Below, piece by piece: positions 13,553 through 26,700 of a DNA stretch of 64,000 nucleotides (the stretch's first letter is position 1; each line of letters begins with the position of its first letter). The position numbers and the translations under genes were made by a program. The notes under the pieces are model-generated. The model made no database searches. It was given only the letters and a program-made list of their open reading frames with translations, and was not told where the DNA came from. Location of the stretch: assembly GCA_013239625.1 (NCBI GenBank), contig MU053881.1:186001-250000 (forward strand), written 5' to 3'. The stretch is from Lama guanicoe. Lineage: Eukaryota.

Positions 13553-13681
13553 CTTTTTTTTGTTTTTGTAAGGGAGGTAACTAGGTTTACTTATTTATTC
13601 TTAGAGGAGATACTTGGGGTTGCACCCAGGGCCTCAGGCATGCTAAGCGTGCACTCTACCACTTGAGCTTCACCCACCCCC
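13553..13681 (-). mobile_element. tRNA-Ala-derived SINE (Vic-1-like)
   Basis: Antisense A/B boxes (ctctaccacttgagct; ggggttgcacccagg) and the same tail as other copies. Confidence 0.85.
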
Positions 13682-14179
13682 TTGCCATTCATTACTGTCA
13701 ATGTCAGTGTCGACATCTGCTCCCCAGGCACCCAGGGGCTCATCCGCCCCTTCTCAGGAGTCTCCCTCTCGGCCGCTCTAAGTCCTAAGAGGGTGTCCTC
13801 CTCCCCTCATCTCAGCTGGGCCTCAGCAGCTTCCCATCCAGGCAAGAGGAACGTCTCAGACAGGACAGATGGCTTCACCACCAGCTCCTGCCGGGACCAG
13901 CTAGATGGCCGTCCATTGCCTCCCCTGCACAGCCATCGTCCTTCTCTTTGTTGCCCATCTCTCTTTCCAGTGCCCCACTAGCTTCTTCCTGCGGAAGAGG
14001 GCTGGGGTGGAAGCCCACGGGAGCTCTGCCAGCTCAGAGGTGCGCCTCTCCTGGACCCCAGCCACGGGAGACACGGCTCAGAGTGTCTTATTGCTTCTGT
14101 GAAGCCCTGGCACCATACCTGTGCTATTGCTCCTTTTGAGATTCCCCTCTACCTGCTGCTTCCGCCACTTCGTCTGCAT

Positions 14180-14560
14180 GTTTACTGACCACCCATCACG
14201 CACCAGGCGCTGTTCTAGGCACGAGGGGTACAGCCAGGAACAAAGCAGACAAAGGGTCTGCCCCATGGAACTTACCTTTCAGTGCGGGTTGAGGGAAACA
14301 GGTTAAGAACACGCTCACAGGACAGATATGGGAGCCAGATGGTGGCATGTACGTGCTGTGGAGAAGCAGAAGCCGGGTAGGTGGACAGTGAGCACCAGTC
14401 GTGGGAGAGGAGGCCAGGAGAGGTCTCACTGAGCAGGGGACAACTGAGCAGAGACCTAGGGAGAGCATGGGAGCGAGCCGTTCTATCTGGGGGAAGAGCT
14501 TTGCAGGCAGAAGGAAGGCCAGTTGCAAGGCCTGGGATGGGACCGTGCTCAGCCCTTAGA
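14180..14560 (-). mobile_element. L2 3' fragment
   Basis: tttactgaccacc...ccaggcgctgttctaggcac...aacaaagcagacaaa...catggaacttac pattern. Confidence 0.7.
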
Positions 14561-14642
14561 AGCCACCACCCAGCAGCCACAGAACTAGGCCCTTGACACT
14601 AGCGGGTTCCATCACAGCACTCATTCCAGTTGCAGGGGTCTG

Positions 14643-14646
<4 letters not shown>

Positions 14647-14690
<44 letters not shown>
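14647..14690. repeat. (GT)22 microsatellite
   Basis: Direct reading. Confidence 0.97.
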
Positions 14691-14691
<1 letters not shown>

Positions 14692-14834
14692 GGCAGAGGA
14701 GCAGGGGATTTTCCACCTAAGCCAGGCAAGTGGCAACTCTTTTCACCTGGAGCCAAGAATAGCACCTTCCCTTTGGCCCTGGAGCTGAAGCTGCCATGTC
14801 TCCCCCCATAGTACGTCTCCTTCCGGTGCTACAG

Positions 14835-15400
14835 GACCCAGCAATTCCACTCGTAGCTACACACCCAAGAAGTGGGAAATAGGTACTCAAATCAATGCCG
14901 GTACGTGAATGTTCACAGCAGCACTACTCATCACAGCCCAGATGTGTAAACAACCTAATGTCCACCAGCTGATGAACGGATAAACAAAAGGTGGGATATG
15001 AATCTAATGGAATATTATTCATCTAAAAAAAAGGAACAAATTGCTGATAGTTGCTACAATTTGGATGAACCTGAAAAACGTTATGCTAACTGTAAGAAAC
15101 TGCACACAGAGGGCAACGTCTTGCACGATTCCATTTCCGTGAAAAATCCAGAATAGACAAATCCATAGAGACAGAAGACAGCTCAGTGGTTGCCGGGAGA
15201 GAGGGGCAGGGAGGAATGGGAGTGACTGCTGATGGGTGTGGGTGGGGTTTTCATCGGAGATGATAAAAAAGTTCTGGAACTAGGTAGCAGTGATGGTTGC
15301 AAGACATTATACATGTACTTACTACCACTGAAAGGTACGCTTTAAAATGGCTTAAGTGGTAAATGTCTTATGCGCATCTTACCACAATTTTTTAAAAGGT
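14835..15400 (+). mobile_element. Old L1 3' end (L1MB-like)
   Basis: gacccagcaattccactc...aatgttcacagcagcacta...atggaatattattca...ggatgaacctgaaaaacgttatgct...gtgatggttgcaagacatt. Confidence 0.85.
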
Positions 15401-16804
15401 AAAATACGCATCCATCATATGATGTGGCCGATTCTGTGATCAGCAGTCCAGGCTCAAGTCCTCGTTCCTCCACTCCTGGCAGAAGACCTTGGGTGTATCC
15501 CACCTTTTAGGTCTCCTCTCTGAGACCCTCAGAGGGGTCCAGTGGGATCAGCAAAAAGCTTCGTAAGCCTTAAGGCGATACTTCAATGGACAGGAGGGCC
15601 CAGCAACCCGAGGATGGGGTTTGAAATCAGATGATGGGGTAAGAATCCAGGAGGCTGGCAGTGTAGTCACCTGTGCGAGCCTGTAAGGGTTTGGCCTCAG
15701 TGTCCTGTTCTAGAAGTCACAGGGGGCACCGCAGTGAGAGACACTCAGGAAGGGCTGCTTCTTCACGTCTGTTTATCTTCAGCTCCTGCTGCCCCAAGCC
15801 TGACTACAGAGACACCGACCCGGGTTGGCGCCTCAGCTTTACACATAAAGCCAGTAACCTTGCTGAAGTTACCAATCCACTGGAGCCTCGGTTTCCTCAT
15901 CTGTGACGTGGAGATAAAATCAATACTGTGGGCTGTGGTGGAGAAATGGTAAAGAGAGAGAGTATGCTGTGCCTCATTCTAAGGTTTTGAGGCGGCCGCA
16001 TGATGTGTGCCAAGGACCTAGCAGCAGTGAGTTCCCTGTTCTGCTCCCTCTCCCCTCCCCAGACGCTCTGCCTCCGTGATCTCACCCCTTCTCCACCCAG
16101 ATTTCAGGAAAGGGTCTGACGGTCTCACCCTAGTGGGGAAGGCCTGTCTGTGTATAAGCGCACAGAGTCCCAAGAGTGGCCCAGGAGACACGGGGCGAGG
16201 ACAGGGCCTTCCCAGGACCCCTGATAGCCCAGCTTCGCCCTGTGGAATGCCACGGTGCTGGAATCTCACCGGATGAGTGATCACAGGCCACGCCGGGCTC
16301 CCAGCACATTTCCCAGGGTGTTACGTGTGTGGACGAGACAGCGTGGTACCAGCCTGGAGAGAGCGCGGCCCCCGCCTCCCGGAGGCGCTGCCCCTGCCCC
16401 TGCCCCAGCCACGGCGGCCTCTCCCTCTGCGGGCGGCCCGCTGGCCTGCGCCCGGGGCGCACATGCCTTCCTGCGGCTGTAATCACAGCGCTCGTCCCAC
16501 AGCGCGCTGCTCGGCCTCCAAGTTGCAACACAGCTCTTAGCACTTTGCTTTCCAACACCATCGGTCCAAAGTATGTAAGAGCCACGCCTGGAGGGGAGAG
16601 GTGCCCCGCTCTTCTGGATTATTTCATCAGAGTAAATTCCCAGCAGTGAGATCCTTGGACTGGAGCCTACGAACATCTTTATGACTCTCACTGCTTTTTG
16701 CCAAGTTATCTTCCCCGGTGCTTGCAGATTCTCATATCAATACAGGAATACACCGGTTTATCCCAGTGATACTGGTTTTGATTCTTATCATGAACTTTTA
16801 CAAA

Positions 16805-17780
16805 TCTTTTTTTCTTTTTTTTAACATTTTTTATTGAGTTATAGTCATTTTACAATATTGTGTCAAATTCCAGTGTAGAGCACAATTTTTCAGTTATACA
16901 CATTTTTTTTCGCTGTGAGCTACCCCAAGATCTTGTATATATTTCCTTGTGCTATACAGTATAATCTTGTTTATCTATTCTGCATATGCCTGTCAGTATC
17001 TACAAACTTTGAAATCCCACTCTGACCTTTCCCACCCCCCACCTCCTTGGCAACTACAAGTTTGTATTCTATGTCTATGAGTCTGTTTCTGTTTTATGTT
17101 CTTTTTTTTTTTTAGATTCCATGTATGAGCAATCTCTTATGGTATTTTTCTTTCTCTTTCTGGCTTACTTCACTTGGAATGACATTCTCCAGGGACATCC
17201 ATGTTGCTGCAAATGGTGTTATGTTGTCAGTTTTTATGGCTGAGTAATATTCCATTGTATAAATATACCACATCTTCTTTATCCAGTCATCTGTTGATGG
17301 ACATTTAGGCTGTTTCCATGTCTTGGCTATTGTAAATAGTGCTGCTATGAACATTGGGGTGCAGGTGTCATCCTGAAGTAGGGTTCCGTCTGGATATAGG
17401 CCCAGGAGCGGGATTCCTGGGTCATATGGTAAGTCTATTCCTAGTCTTTTGAGGAATCTCCATACCGTTTTCCACAGTGGCTGCACCAACCTGCATTCCC
17501 ACCAGCAGTGTAGGAGGGTTCCCTTTTCTCCACAGCCTCTTCAGCTTTTGTCATTTGTGGACGTTTGAATGATGGCCATTCTGACTGGTGTGTGGTGATA
17601 CCTCATTGTAGTTTTGATTTGCATTTCTCTGATAATTAGTGATACTGAGCATTTTTTCATGTACCTGTTGGCCATTTGTATGTCTTCACTGGAGAATTGC
17701 TTGTTTAGGTCTTCTGCCCATTTTTGGATTGGGTTCTTTGTTTTTTTCTTATTATGTTGTATGAGCTGCTTATATATTCT
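16805..17780 (-). mobile_element. Young lineage-specific L1, 5'-truncated (ORF2 C-terminus plus 3'UTR and poly-A)
   Basis: ORF 17112-17489(-) [31 protein letters not shown]...MFIAALFTIAKTWKQPKCPSTDDWIKKMWYIYTMEYYSAIK is the L1 ORF2p C-terminus; poly-T at the left end. Confidence 0.95.
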
Positions 17781-18419
17781 TCCATTTTCAGAAATAAAAG
17801 TTGCTTGTCATAGTATTATTATGCTATAGACAAATAGAGAGGCCCCCGGTAATTCGACATCTTGCAGAAAATAACTAAAATCCTAAAATCCCCTACACGC
17901 CTGCAGAGCCATAATACCATGATGACACTGCACAATCACACAGTCTTTGGTGTCCTCTAACGCCCAATCCATGGTCACACTCCCATGTTGCCACAAAAAT
18001 AAAGTCTCTTTTCATTTGTTTTGTTCAGATAGGATCCACACGAAGGCCACACAGGATATCTGGGTGTTATGTTTCCTAATTCTCTTTTAATCTAGAGTAT
18101 TCCTTCCCCTTTTCCTTTCTTACCATTGTCTCGATGCATGAGCCATGTCAGTCATCTGATAGCGTGTCCCCTTCTTCCCAGTTTGTTCAGGCTGCCTTGT
18201 GGGGTCATTTAACTGTATTCTCTATGTCCCCCTCTTCCTGAAGCCATCACTGGATTCAGGCTCAAATTTTTTGGCAGGAAGCCTCAGAGGAAGGGCTGGG
18301 AGCGTCCTATCACGTCACATTTGGAAGCACAGGACATCTGGGGGCTCTTCTCTTGGTGATTCCAACATGAGTCCCTTCAAGGAAAATGTCCATCAAAATA
18401 GGACATTGAAAAAAATGTG

Positions 18420-18760
18420 AAAAACCTATATGTTGACTCAACAAATATTTCTGAGAAATTAAGGAATATGCAAAAAAAAATAAATGGAGAGCTATACTTT
18501 GCTCATGGGTTGGAAGACTCTGTTAATATGTCAATTCTCCCAAAGTTGGTATAAAGATTCAGTGCAATTTCCTTCACAATTCTAGGAGACTTTTTGTGGA
18601 AAAACCAGCTTTTACAAGCTGGTTGTAAAAGTCATGTGCAAAAGATCCTAGAATAACCAAAACAATTCTGTGAAAGAACAAAGTTGAAGGGCTAACCCAG
18701 CCCTGTAGAATTATTTTAAAGTGATAATAAAGTGTGGTTTTTGGCAAAAGAGTTCATCTT
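18420..18760 (+). mobile_element. Old L1 ORF2 fragment
   Basis: taaatggagagctatacttt gctcatgggttggaagactc...atgtcaattctccccaaagttgg. Confidence 0.75.
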
Positions 18761-19061
18761 TCAGATTATATGAAACTCCTCAGTATTTCATTTTAATGTA
18801 TTTATTTAATTTATCTCTCTCTATATATATTTGTATAGATACTTTTAGTGGTCACTCTAGGGACTATGATTTACATAATTAATTTTTCACAGTCTACTCA
18901 GAATCAGTATTTTAACTTCAAGTGAAATACAGAAAACTTTGCCACACCTTCTCCCTTAACGTTGTAGCCTTATGTATTACATCTACATCTACATGCTTTG
19001 AAACCCCATCAGACAATACTATAATTTTTACTTTTAACATCAAACATGTTTTAAAGAATCT

Positions 19062-20060
19062 AAGAATATCTAGAATATAGAAGCAGCTCATACAACTCAA
19101 TGACAAAAAACAAATAATGCAGTCAAAAAATGGGCAGAAGACCTAAACAAACATTTCTCCAGTGAAGACATACAAATGACTAATAGACACATGAAAAAAT
19201 GCTCAATAATGTTATCAGAGACATGCAAATCAACACTACAGTGAAGTATCACCTCACTCCAGTCAGAATGGCCATCATTAAAAAGTCCACAAATGACAAA
19301 TGCTGGAGAGGCTGTGGAGAAAAGGGAACCTTCTTACACTGTTGGTGGGAATGTAGTTTGGTGCAGCCATTCTGGAAAAAAGTATGGAGATTCCTTAAAA
19401 AAAAAAAACAACTAAAAATAGAGCTACCATATGATCCAACACTCTCACTCCTGGGCATATATCTGGAGGAAATTAATTCAAAAAGATATATGCACTACAA
19501 TGCTCATAGCAGCACTACTTACAATTGCCAAGACATGGAAATAACTTAAATGTCCATCAACAGAAGACTGGATAAAGAAGTTGTGGTATATGTCTACAAT
19601 GGACTACTACTCAGCCATAAAAAAGAACAAAACAAATCCATTTGCAGCAACATAGATGGACCCAGAGAATGTCATTTTAAGCAAAGTAAGCCAGAAAGAG
19701 AAAGAAAAATGCCATATGAGATCACTTAACTGTAGAATTTAAAAAATTGACACAAATGAACTTCTTTACAAAACAGAAACAGACTCACAGACGTAGAAAA
19801 CAAATTTATGGTTACCCGGGGGGGAAGGGAGTGGGAAGGGATAAACTGGGGGCATGAGATTTGCAGATACTGACTACTACATATAAAATAGATAAATAAT
19901 AAGTTTCTACTGTATAGCACAGGGAACTATATTGAATATCTTGTAGTAACCCATAAAGAAAAAGAATATGAAAATGAATACATATATGCATATGTACGAC
20001 TGAAACACTATGCTGTACACCAGAAACTGACACTGAAACATTGCAAACTGATTATACATA
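19062..20060 (+). mobile_element. L1, 5'-truncated (ORF2 C-terminus plus 3'UTR)
   Basis: [36 protein letters not shown] (ORF2 CCHC region) followed by the L1 3'UTR. Confidence 0.95.
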
Positions 20061-20062
20061 CA

Positions 20063-20107
<45 letters not shown>
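20063..20107. repeat. (TATC)n tetranucleotide repeat at the L1 3' end
   Basis: Direct reading, about 11 units. Confidence 0.95.
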
Positions 20108-20214
20108 CTTGTTTTAAGCCATCAGGTTTGTGGCAGTTTGCCACAGCAGCCCCAGGAAACTAATACATGTTCAGAGAGGTCCAACTATTGGCAGGTAATT
20201 CTGGCAGGTAATCG

Positions 20215-20370
20215 TTTTCATATTCTTTTTCATTATGGGTTACTATAAGATATTGAATATAGTTCCCTGTGCTGTACAGTAGAAACTTATTGTTTATTTA
20301 TTTTATAGATAGCAGTTAGTATCTGCGAGTCTCAAACTCCCAGTTTATCCCTTCCCACTCCCTTCCCCCC
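20215..20370 (-). mobile_element. L1 3'UTR fragment
   Basis: Reverse complement of 19825-19975. Confidence 0.85.
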
Positions 20371-20609
20371 AAGGCCTTCTCAGTCCAGAAATCAGACCCT
20401 AGGCAGACTGATGAAAAGCCAGTTGCAGTGCACTGTGGGAAGAGCAGAAGGGCGCCAGCAGAGGCCCTAGCAGGAGGCTAGACTTACCAGGGGAGGGTCC
20501 AGCACCTTCTCAGGTGAGATTCTTGGTATAACTGTGGAGCTACCCTATGGAAATATCTCTGTCGTGAATGTTACTCGACTTAATGTTACCTCCTTTAGCA
20601 AATGCGCAT

Positions 20610-20985
20610 CGGTCAGGACAGGGAAGGCCATGCTGCAATGACAAAGAACCCTAAACTCTCAGTGAATTACAACAACAAAGGTTCTTTTCTTCCTCATGTC
20701 ACATGTTTATAATGGGTTACATATGGGTTCTCTTCCGTATTTTGTGTCTCCATGACTCAGGCTGAGGAAGCAGGCACCGTTTGAAACATTAATAGTCACC
20801 CTGGCCAAGGGAAGGAGAGCTCTGGCAAATCCTGCGTAAGCAATAAAATGCACAAACTCATTTGTCTGCCTCATTAGTCACTTAAACCCACCCAAACAAG
20901 GGTGGGAAGAAAGTGTGACCCTGTCATCTGCCCAGGAGGTGAAGAGCTAAACCTATTCAGTAAACAGCCTTAACAACTAGCACAT
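20610..20985. mobile_element. MLT1-like (ERVL-MaLR) LTR, degenerate
   Basis: atgctgcaatgacaaagaaccctaaactctcagtgaattacaacaacaaaggtt pattern. Confidence 0.6.
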
Positions 20986-22934
20986 TTTCTGTGAACCCAG
21001 AACCCCTGTGTCCCACTGATCTTGCAGTGATTGCTACACAGCATGGGGCCTGGCTGAGATTATACTCGGTTACTGTTGAATACAAGAAAGACAGGAAGGA
21101 AGGAGGGAAGGAAAGAAGGAAGAAGAAAGGAGGAAGGGAAGAAAGATAAAGTTCTTGACATGTAGAAAGTGTTTAAGACAGTTTTCCAAACCAGCAATGA
21201 AAATGGAACACAGCAGGAGCACTATAAGCATGTGCTGAATGCAATTGGATTGATTTTTATTTTTGTCCCTTCCATTTTGACTTGTAGCATTTTGTCAAAT
21301 CTAAGCCCACAGCCAGACATAGCCCAGGACAGAGCAGCCTGAAAACCTGGGGTCAGGAGCAAGGTCTGTGCTGGCGAGCCGACCTGAGCGGTCAGAATGC
21401 TGACTGGGTGTCAGAGCAAGCCTTGGAGCAAGTTCAGTGCCAGGGCTGCTCTTCTCTCCCCCATCCTCAGGGCTGTGTCCCAGTGACTGCGGGCAAGCCC
21501 AGGTCTGCACAGTTATCTGTGCCCACTTACTCTGCTCTAGCAAGCTCAGCTCTGTCTGGGGTGGTATATGTGCCCTACCTCTACCAGCCCATCTGGATGA
21601 CAACACAGACTGTGACCTGCTTTCATTTTGGGCTTACCCTTGAATTAGTTATGGCATATCACATGCAAGTGTCAGAAACCCCACTCAAAATGATTTACAG
21701 AAAAGAATGCAAGTGGTTTCAGGTATGGGTGGATCCAGCTGTCTAAACCAATGCTCTGTTTCTCAGCTTGGCTTTTTTTCTGCTAGCTTCATTCTCAGAC
21801 ATGCTGTTCCCCACTGTGCAGCCCTGACCTATGAGCCTAGGCCACAGCCAAGAGTATTTTAGGAATTCAAGAAATACTTGTGGAATGGATGAAGGAAGGA
21901 AGGAAGGAACGAACGAATGATAGGCTTAGCACTCCAGGTTTATATCCTATTAGCTTAGCAACTCCAGGAAAAATAGAGTAAGTAACTTTCCAAACCAAAA
22001 TCCTCTGGGCTGACTCTAATTAGTCTGGCCTGGGTTTGGGTCATGTATTTGTCAGAGTAGGCTAGACTTTGCCATGGTAACATGTAAATCCTGCAGTCGC
22101 TTACCGCTTATTCACGTTACAGTCCAATGTGTTTGAGGGATGGTGGCTTTGCTCTAAGTAGTTGCTAAGGTGTCCAGGGTCCTCCCATTTTATGACCGTT
22201 TTCAATGTGAGGCTTTATAGTCATCAGGAAAAGGCGAAAGAGAGAATGTCCTAGGCGGGGTGTTCTCCCAGATGTGTCAGGGTGTTAGGTTAGATGGTAC
22301 CTCAAAGTGGCATCCATCTCTCTGCCTGTATTCCACTGGCTAGAGCTGGCACAGAAAGAGAATAAAGTGGTCTGTACACATGTGGTGTCAGAGTTTGCTG
22401 GGGGCCATGCAGCTCCCTGAGACAGGAGGTCTCATTGCTCTGACTGGCCAGTCTAATTTACACACTTAGCCCTGGAGTCGGGGGAGCAGGTCAGCCCATC
22501 GGGGCTGCTGGGGCTGGCTGTGGAGGGGGCTGCTTCCCCGTGAGAAAACTGGGCTGCCACTACCAGACGTGGGGACGGGTCCCGGGCAAGCAGAATAACC
22601 ATAATGCCGACTTCTAACACCCAGGTATTGCTTTCTGACCCTCTTCAGCATCACCCAGGCCAGCAGTCTCCTTCGGAGCATCCTTATCAGGGCCAGGCTG
22701 GCAAAAGGGCTCAGAACAACTTTGATTTTGTTTAAATTATTCTCAAATAACTTTCAGGCCCCTGTGGCCCATCAAAGTCAATTTAGTGAGAATATTCAAG
22801 GCTTGTTTCCATAACACAGACTCTGGACAGATAAAAAGATTTAGAATAAAACATTAAATACCTAGAGAGTAATATGCATTTTAACAACCTGCCAAAACTG
22901 ATTTTAAAATTCATGCTTATTACTTGTAGAAAGT

Positions 22935-23350
22935 GTTAGTCAGCTTTCACTGAGAGATGCTTCAGTCACAAATGATCCCCCAAATCTCAGTGGCCTACAG
23001 CGACGAAGGTTTATTCCTCACCCATGTTTTATACTGGCGGTGGAGCAGCAGGCTGTGTTCTGTGTGTTTTTTCACTCTAGGATGCAGGCTGAAGCATCAG
23101 TCCCATTGGGACATGCTGTTCTTGTAGCAAAAAAAAAACCAGAACTGGCCAAACCACACAATGACTTAAAGTTTCTGCTCTGACGTCGTATGTGTCATTT
23201 GTGCCCACACTCCACTGGCTGAGCAAGTCCATGGCCAAGTCTGGTGTCAGGGGCTGGGTGCCCTCAGAAGGAGGCACGGCCGAGTCACAGGCCATGGGTG
23301 GAGACGACTCACAGGAAAAAGGGGAGTAAATACATGGGAACAAAACAGTA
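22935..23350. mobile_element. MLT1-like LTR
   Basis: ccccaaatctcagtggcctacagcgacgaaggtttattc...cactggctgagcaagtccatggccaagtctggtgtcagggg. Confidence 0.65.
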
Positions 23351-23772
23351 CCTATGACAAGAGTGAAAAATAAAATTCAGTTATCACAATCTCATCATCC
23401 AGAGGTAACCACTCTTTCCTCCTCGATGGATTTCTGTCAGTATGTGTTCCCACGTGCACGTAGACTAACACTCCCGTCTAACCACAATTTTCATGAATCA
23501 CTCAAAATACTCCAAGACAGTCAAATCCAGGTAGTCTAAGCAACTGTCATATCAGACCCTAATCAAATGATCCAATCGGCCCCCAACCCCAGTCAAACCC
23601 AGCTCCCCGCAAACCAGTCGCCCAGACCAGTTAATTGATTTGGCTGGAGAAATAGACTAATCGACAAGACACTGGTGGAGTGTGGCTGCGAACCAGACTT
23701 TGCTGTTTGTTGACTTAGTTCTGTTGACTAGATTATGTAAATTGAGTCCAGCTGACTTCCTATGAGCAGTAT

Positions 23773-24680
23773 TGTGATTTATAAGGTCGTCCAGATGACC
23801 AAAATATATTTTTCCATGGTTCCTGGCTCACAGTTCCCAAAACCCTTGGAATTTGCTGAATGATAAGAGCAATGGGAGCATTTTCTGTTACAATATTTGG
23901 CTTCTTGTCCTCAGTTCCTGAAAACAGATCCATAAAGGTGAAATGGGTTTCTTGCTATTCATGACAAGCCCTTTTCCTCCTCAACTGTGTTCATGTTAAT
24001 GAGGTGACTTTTGGAAAGCACCTAAGGATGGGGGCTAGTTGCCAAGGGAGCCAGCCCTGAGCAGAGGGCTGGAAATTTCAGTCCCAACCTCCGACTTCCA
24101 GAGAGGGAAGAGTGGCTGGAAGTTGAATCAGTCAACAATAGCCAATGATTTAATCAGCTATGCGTGTTTAACGAAGCCTTCACAAAAACTCAAAAGGTGG
24201 CGGTGGGGTTCAGGGAACGTCCAGGTTAATGAATCAGGATGCTTCCATCTGCCACCATGCTGGGCCCAAACTCTACGGAGACAGAAGCGCCTTCATTTGG
24301 GACCCCCACTCCATATATTTCTTCCTTGGCTATTGATTAATATCTTTTAAATCTTTGGATAATGAAACAGTAATCTAGTGAGTAAATGGGTTTCCTGTGT
24401 TCTGTAAACAAATCCAACCCAAGGAACAGGTCATGGCAACCTCTGATTCACAGCCAATCAGTCAGAGGTACACACAACCACCTGGATTTGAGATTGGCGT
24501 CTGAAGTGGAGGATAATGTTGTGGGCCTGAGCCCTTCACCTGTGGAATCTGATGCTATTTCTAGGTAGATACTGTCAGAATTGAACTGAATTGTGGGACA
24601 CCCAGTTGGTGTCAGAGAATTGCTTGGTGGAATGGGAAAACCCCCACCCTCCACATATCGGAATTGGAGCCAAATCTTGG
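23773..24680 (+). mobile_element. MER21-like ERVL LTR
   Basis: ggttcctggctcacagttcccaaaacccttggaattt...gtcagaattgaactgaattgtgggacacccagttggtgtc. Confidence 0.75.
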
Positions 24681-25119
24681 TATGTAAGTGTTTATTTTTT
24701 CTAAATAATATTTTATTTTTAACTAACCAGGTAAGTTTAAAAAGCTAAAGCTCGAATCTGTTCTTAGAAACAATGGTCAGTACACATATGTAAGCTAAAA
24801 TGGGTGCAGTGTGCCGCCTGCATGCACTCACGCGCAGCACAATGTGTGTGTGCGGTCGGACCGTGTTGATTCTACCTAATAAAACTGAAAAAGGAAAACA
24901 AAGATTTTTCTGTGTGGCTAAAAACTTTAAAAAAAACTTTTGCAAGCACAATTTTAATGACCACATAAAGGTTTATTGTATGTCTCTATCAAATGACTTA
25001 ACCCAAGTCTTGAACATTTTAAATGCTTCTAATGTGTGACTTTTAAATAATTTGTTTATAAAATAATTTCTTTTTTTAACTTTTATCAGTTTCGTTTACT
25101 TATCCATTTTTTTCTTACC

Positions 25120-25252
25120 TTTTTTTTGTGGGGGGATCGGTAGGTAATTTTGTTTATTTATTTGTTTATTTATTTACTGGAGGTACTGGGGACTGAACCC
25201 AGGACCTCGTGCATTCTAAGCAGTTACTCTACCACTGAGCTATACCCGCCCC
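25120..25252 (-). mobile_element. tRNA-Ala-derived SINE (Vic-1-like)
   Basis: tggaggtactggggactgaacccaggacctcgtgc...ctctaccactgagctatacc. Confidence 0.9.
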
Positions 25253-25259
25253 TTCTCTA

Positions 25260-26097
25260 TTTATTCATTTTTATTGAAGTATAGTTGCTGTACGGTATTA
25301 TATGTTATAGGTGTCAATGTAGTGATTCACAATTTTTAAAGTTTATACTCCATGTATAAATATTATAAAATATTGGCTATATTCCACATCTTGTACAATA
25401 TATCATTGCAACTTATTTTATATCTAATAGTTTGTAGTCTTACTCCCTTACTCCTATGTTGCCCCACTCCCTTCCCCCTCCCCACTGGTAACCACTAGTT
25501 TGTTCTCTATATCTGTAAGTCTTCTTCTTTTTTGTTATATTCACCAGTTTCTTGTAATTTTTAGATTCCACATATAAGTGACATCATACTGTATTTGTCT
25601 TTGTTTGACTTATTTCGTTTAGCATAATGCCTTCTAAGTCCATCGATGTTGCTGCAATGGCAAAATCTTGTTCTTTTTTATGGCTGAGTAGTATTCCAAA
25701 TACATATACACAGACCACATATTTGTCCAGTCATCTGTTGATGGACACTTAGGCTGCTTCCATGTCTTGGCTATTGTAAATAATGCTGCTAAGAACATTG
25801 GGGTGTGTGTATCTTTTTGAACTAGTGTTTTCATTGTCTTCGGATGTATCCCAGGAGTGGAATTGTTGGGTCATATGGTAGATCTGTTTTTAGTTTTCTG
25901 AGAAACATCTATACCGTTCTTTATGGTGGCTGCACCAATTTACGTTCCCACCAAAAGTGTACGAGGATTCCCTTTTCTCCACAACCTCTCCAACATTTGT
26001 TATTTGTGTCCTTTTTGATGATAGTCATTAGGACAGGTGTGAGGTGATATCTCATTGGGATTTTGATTTGCATTTCCCAGATGATTAGCAATACTGA
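25260..26097 (-). mobile_element. L1, 5'-truncated
   Basis: ORF2 tail peptides (MFLAALFTIAKTWKQPKCPSTDDW; YHLTPV...CWRGCGEKG) plus 3'UTR. Confidence 0.92.
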
Positions 26098-26179
26098 AGC
26101 AGTAACTCTGCCCACCCCTGCTGAGGCGACTCCATGTTCGGCCAGCAGTGGACATTTTATACAGTTGTGTTTAAACTTC

Positions 26180-26700
26180 TGTCTTCAGGGGTCTCAAGAC
26201 CATCCTTGAACCCACAAGACTCAATATCAGGTCATATCCCACAATGCTTATTGTAGAAAAGGACACAGAGTAAAGGCAACGGGAAAAAGATGTGCACCGG
26301 ATAAGGTCCAGGAAGGGCAGGCACAGGCTTCCAAGTCCTTCCCCCACGGCGGCCCCACAGGACACACTTTTTTCTGTTACAGAAAGCTGCAGGGACGTAT
26401 GCGAAATGTCTCTGCCCAGGTGAGTTCTCTCAAGTATCCAGATCCCAGGCTTTCACGGAGAGCTGGTCACACAGTCACAGCCTGCTCTAGCAACTGAAAC
26501 TCGGGGGCCCCAAAAGGCAACCAGATACATCAGCAGTCTGGCTGCTTATGCAGAGCAAGCCTGGTGGACTTCTCAGATGCCACTGACCCAGGCACATGCA
26601 GCATCACCAGTCAGCAGCAAAAAGAAGACTCTGAGGGCCACACTCCCAGGAACCGGGCGATAGCTGGCCTTGCTTCTGGGCTCCCCCTGAGGACATAAGG
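26180..26700 (-). mobile_element. MER21/MER77-like ERVL LTR fragment
   Basis: caggggtctcaagaccatc...caggcacaggcttccaagtccttcccc...ctggtcacacagtcacagcctgc. Confidence 0.5.

Noticed and set aside
17112..17489. 125-aa ORF with protein-like sequence
   Set aside because: It is the L1 ORF2p C-terminus of a 5'-truncated element, not a host gene.
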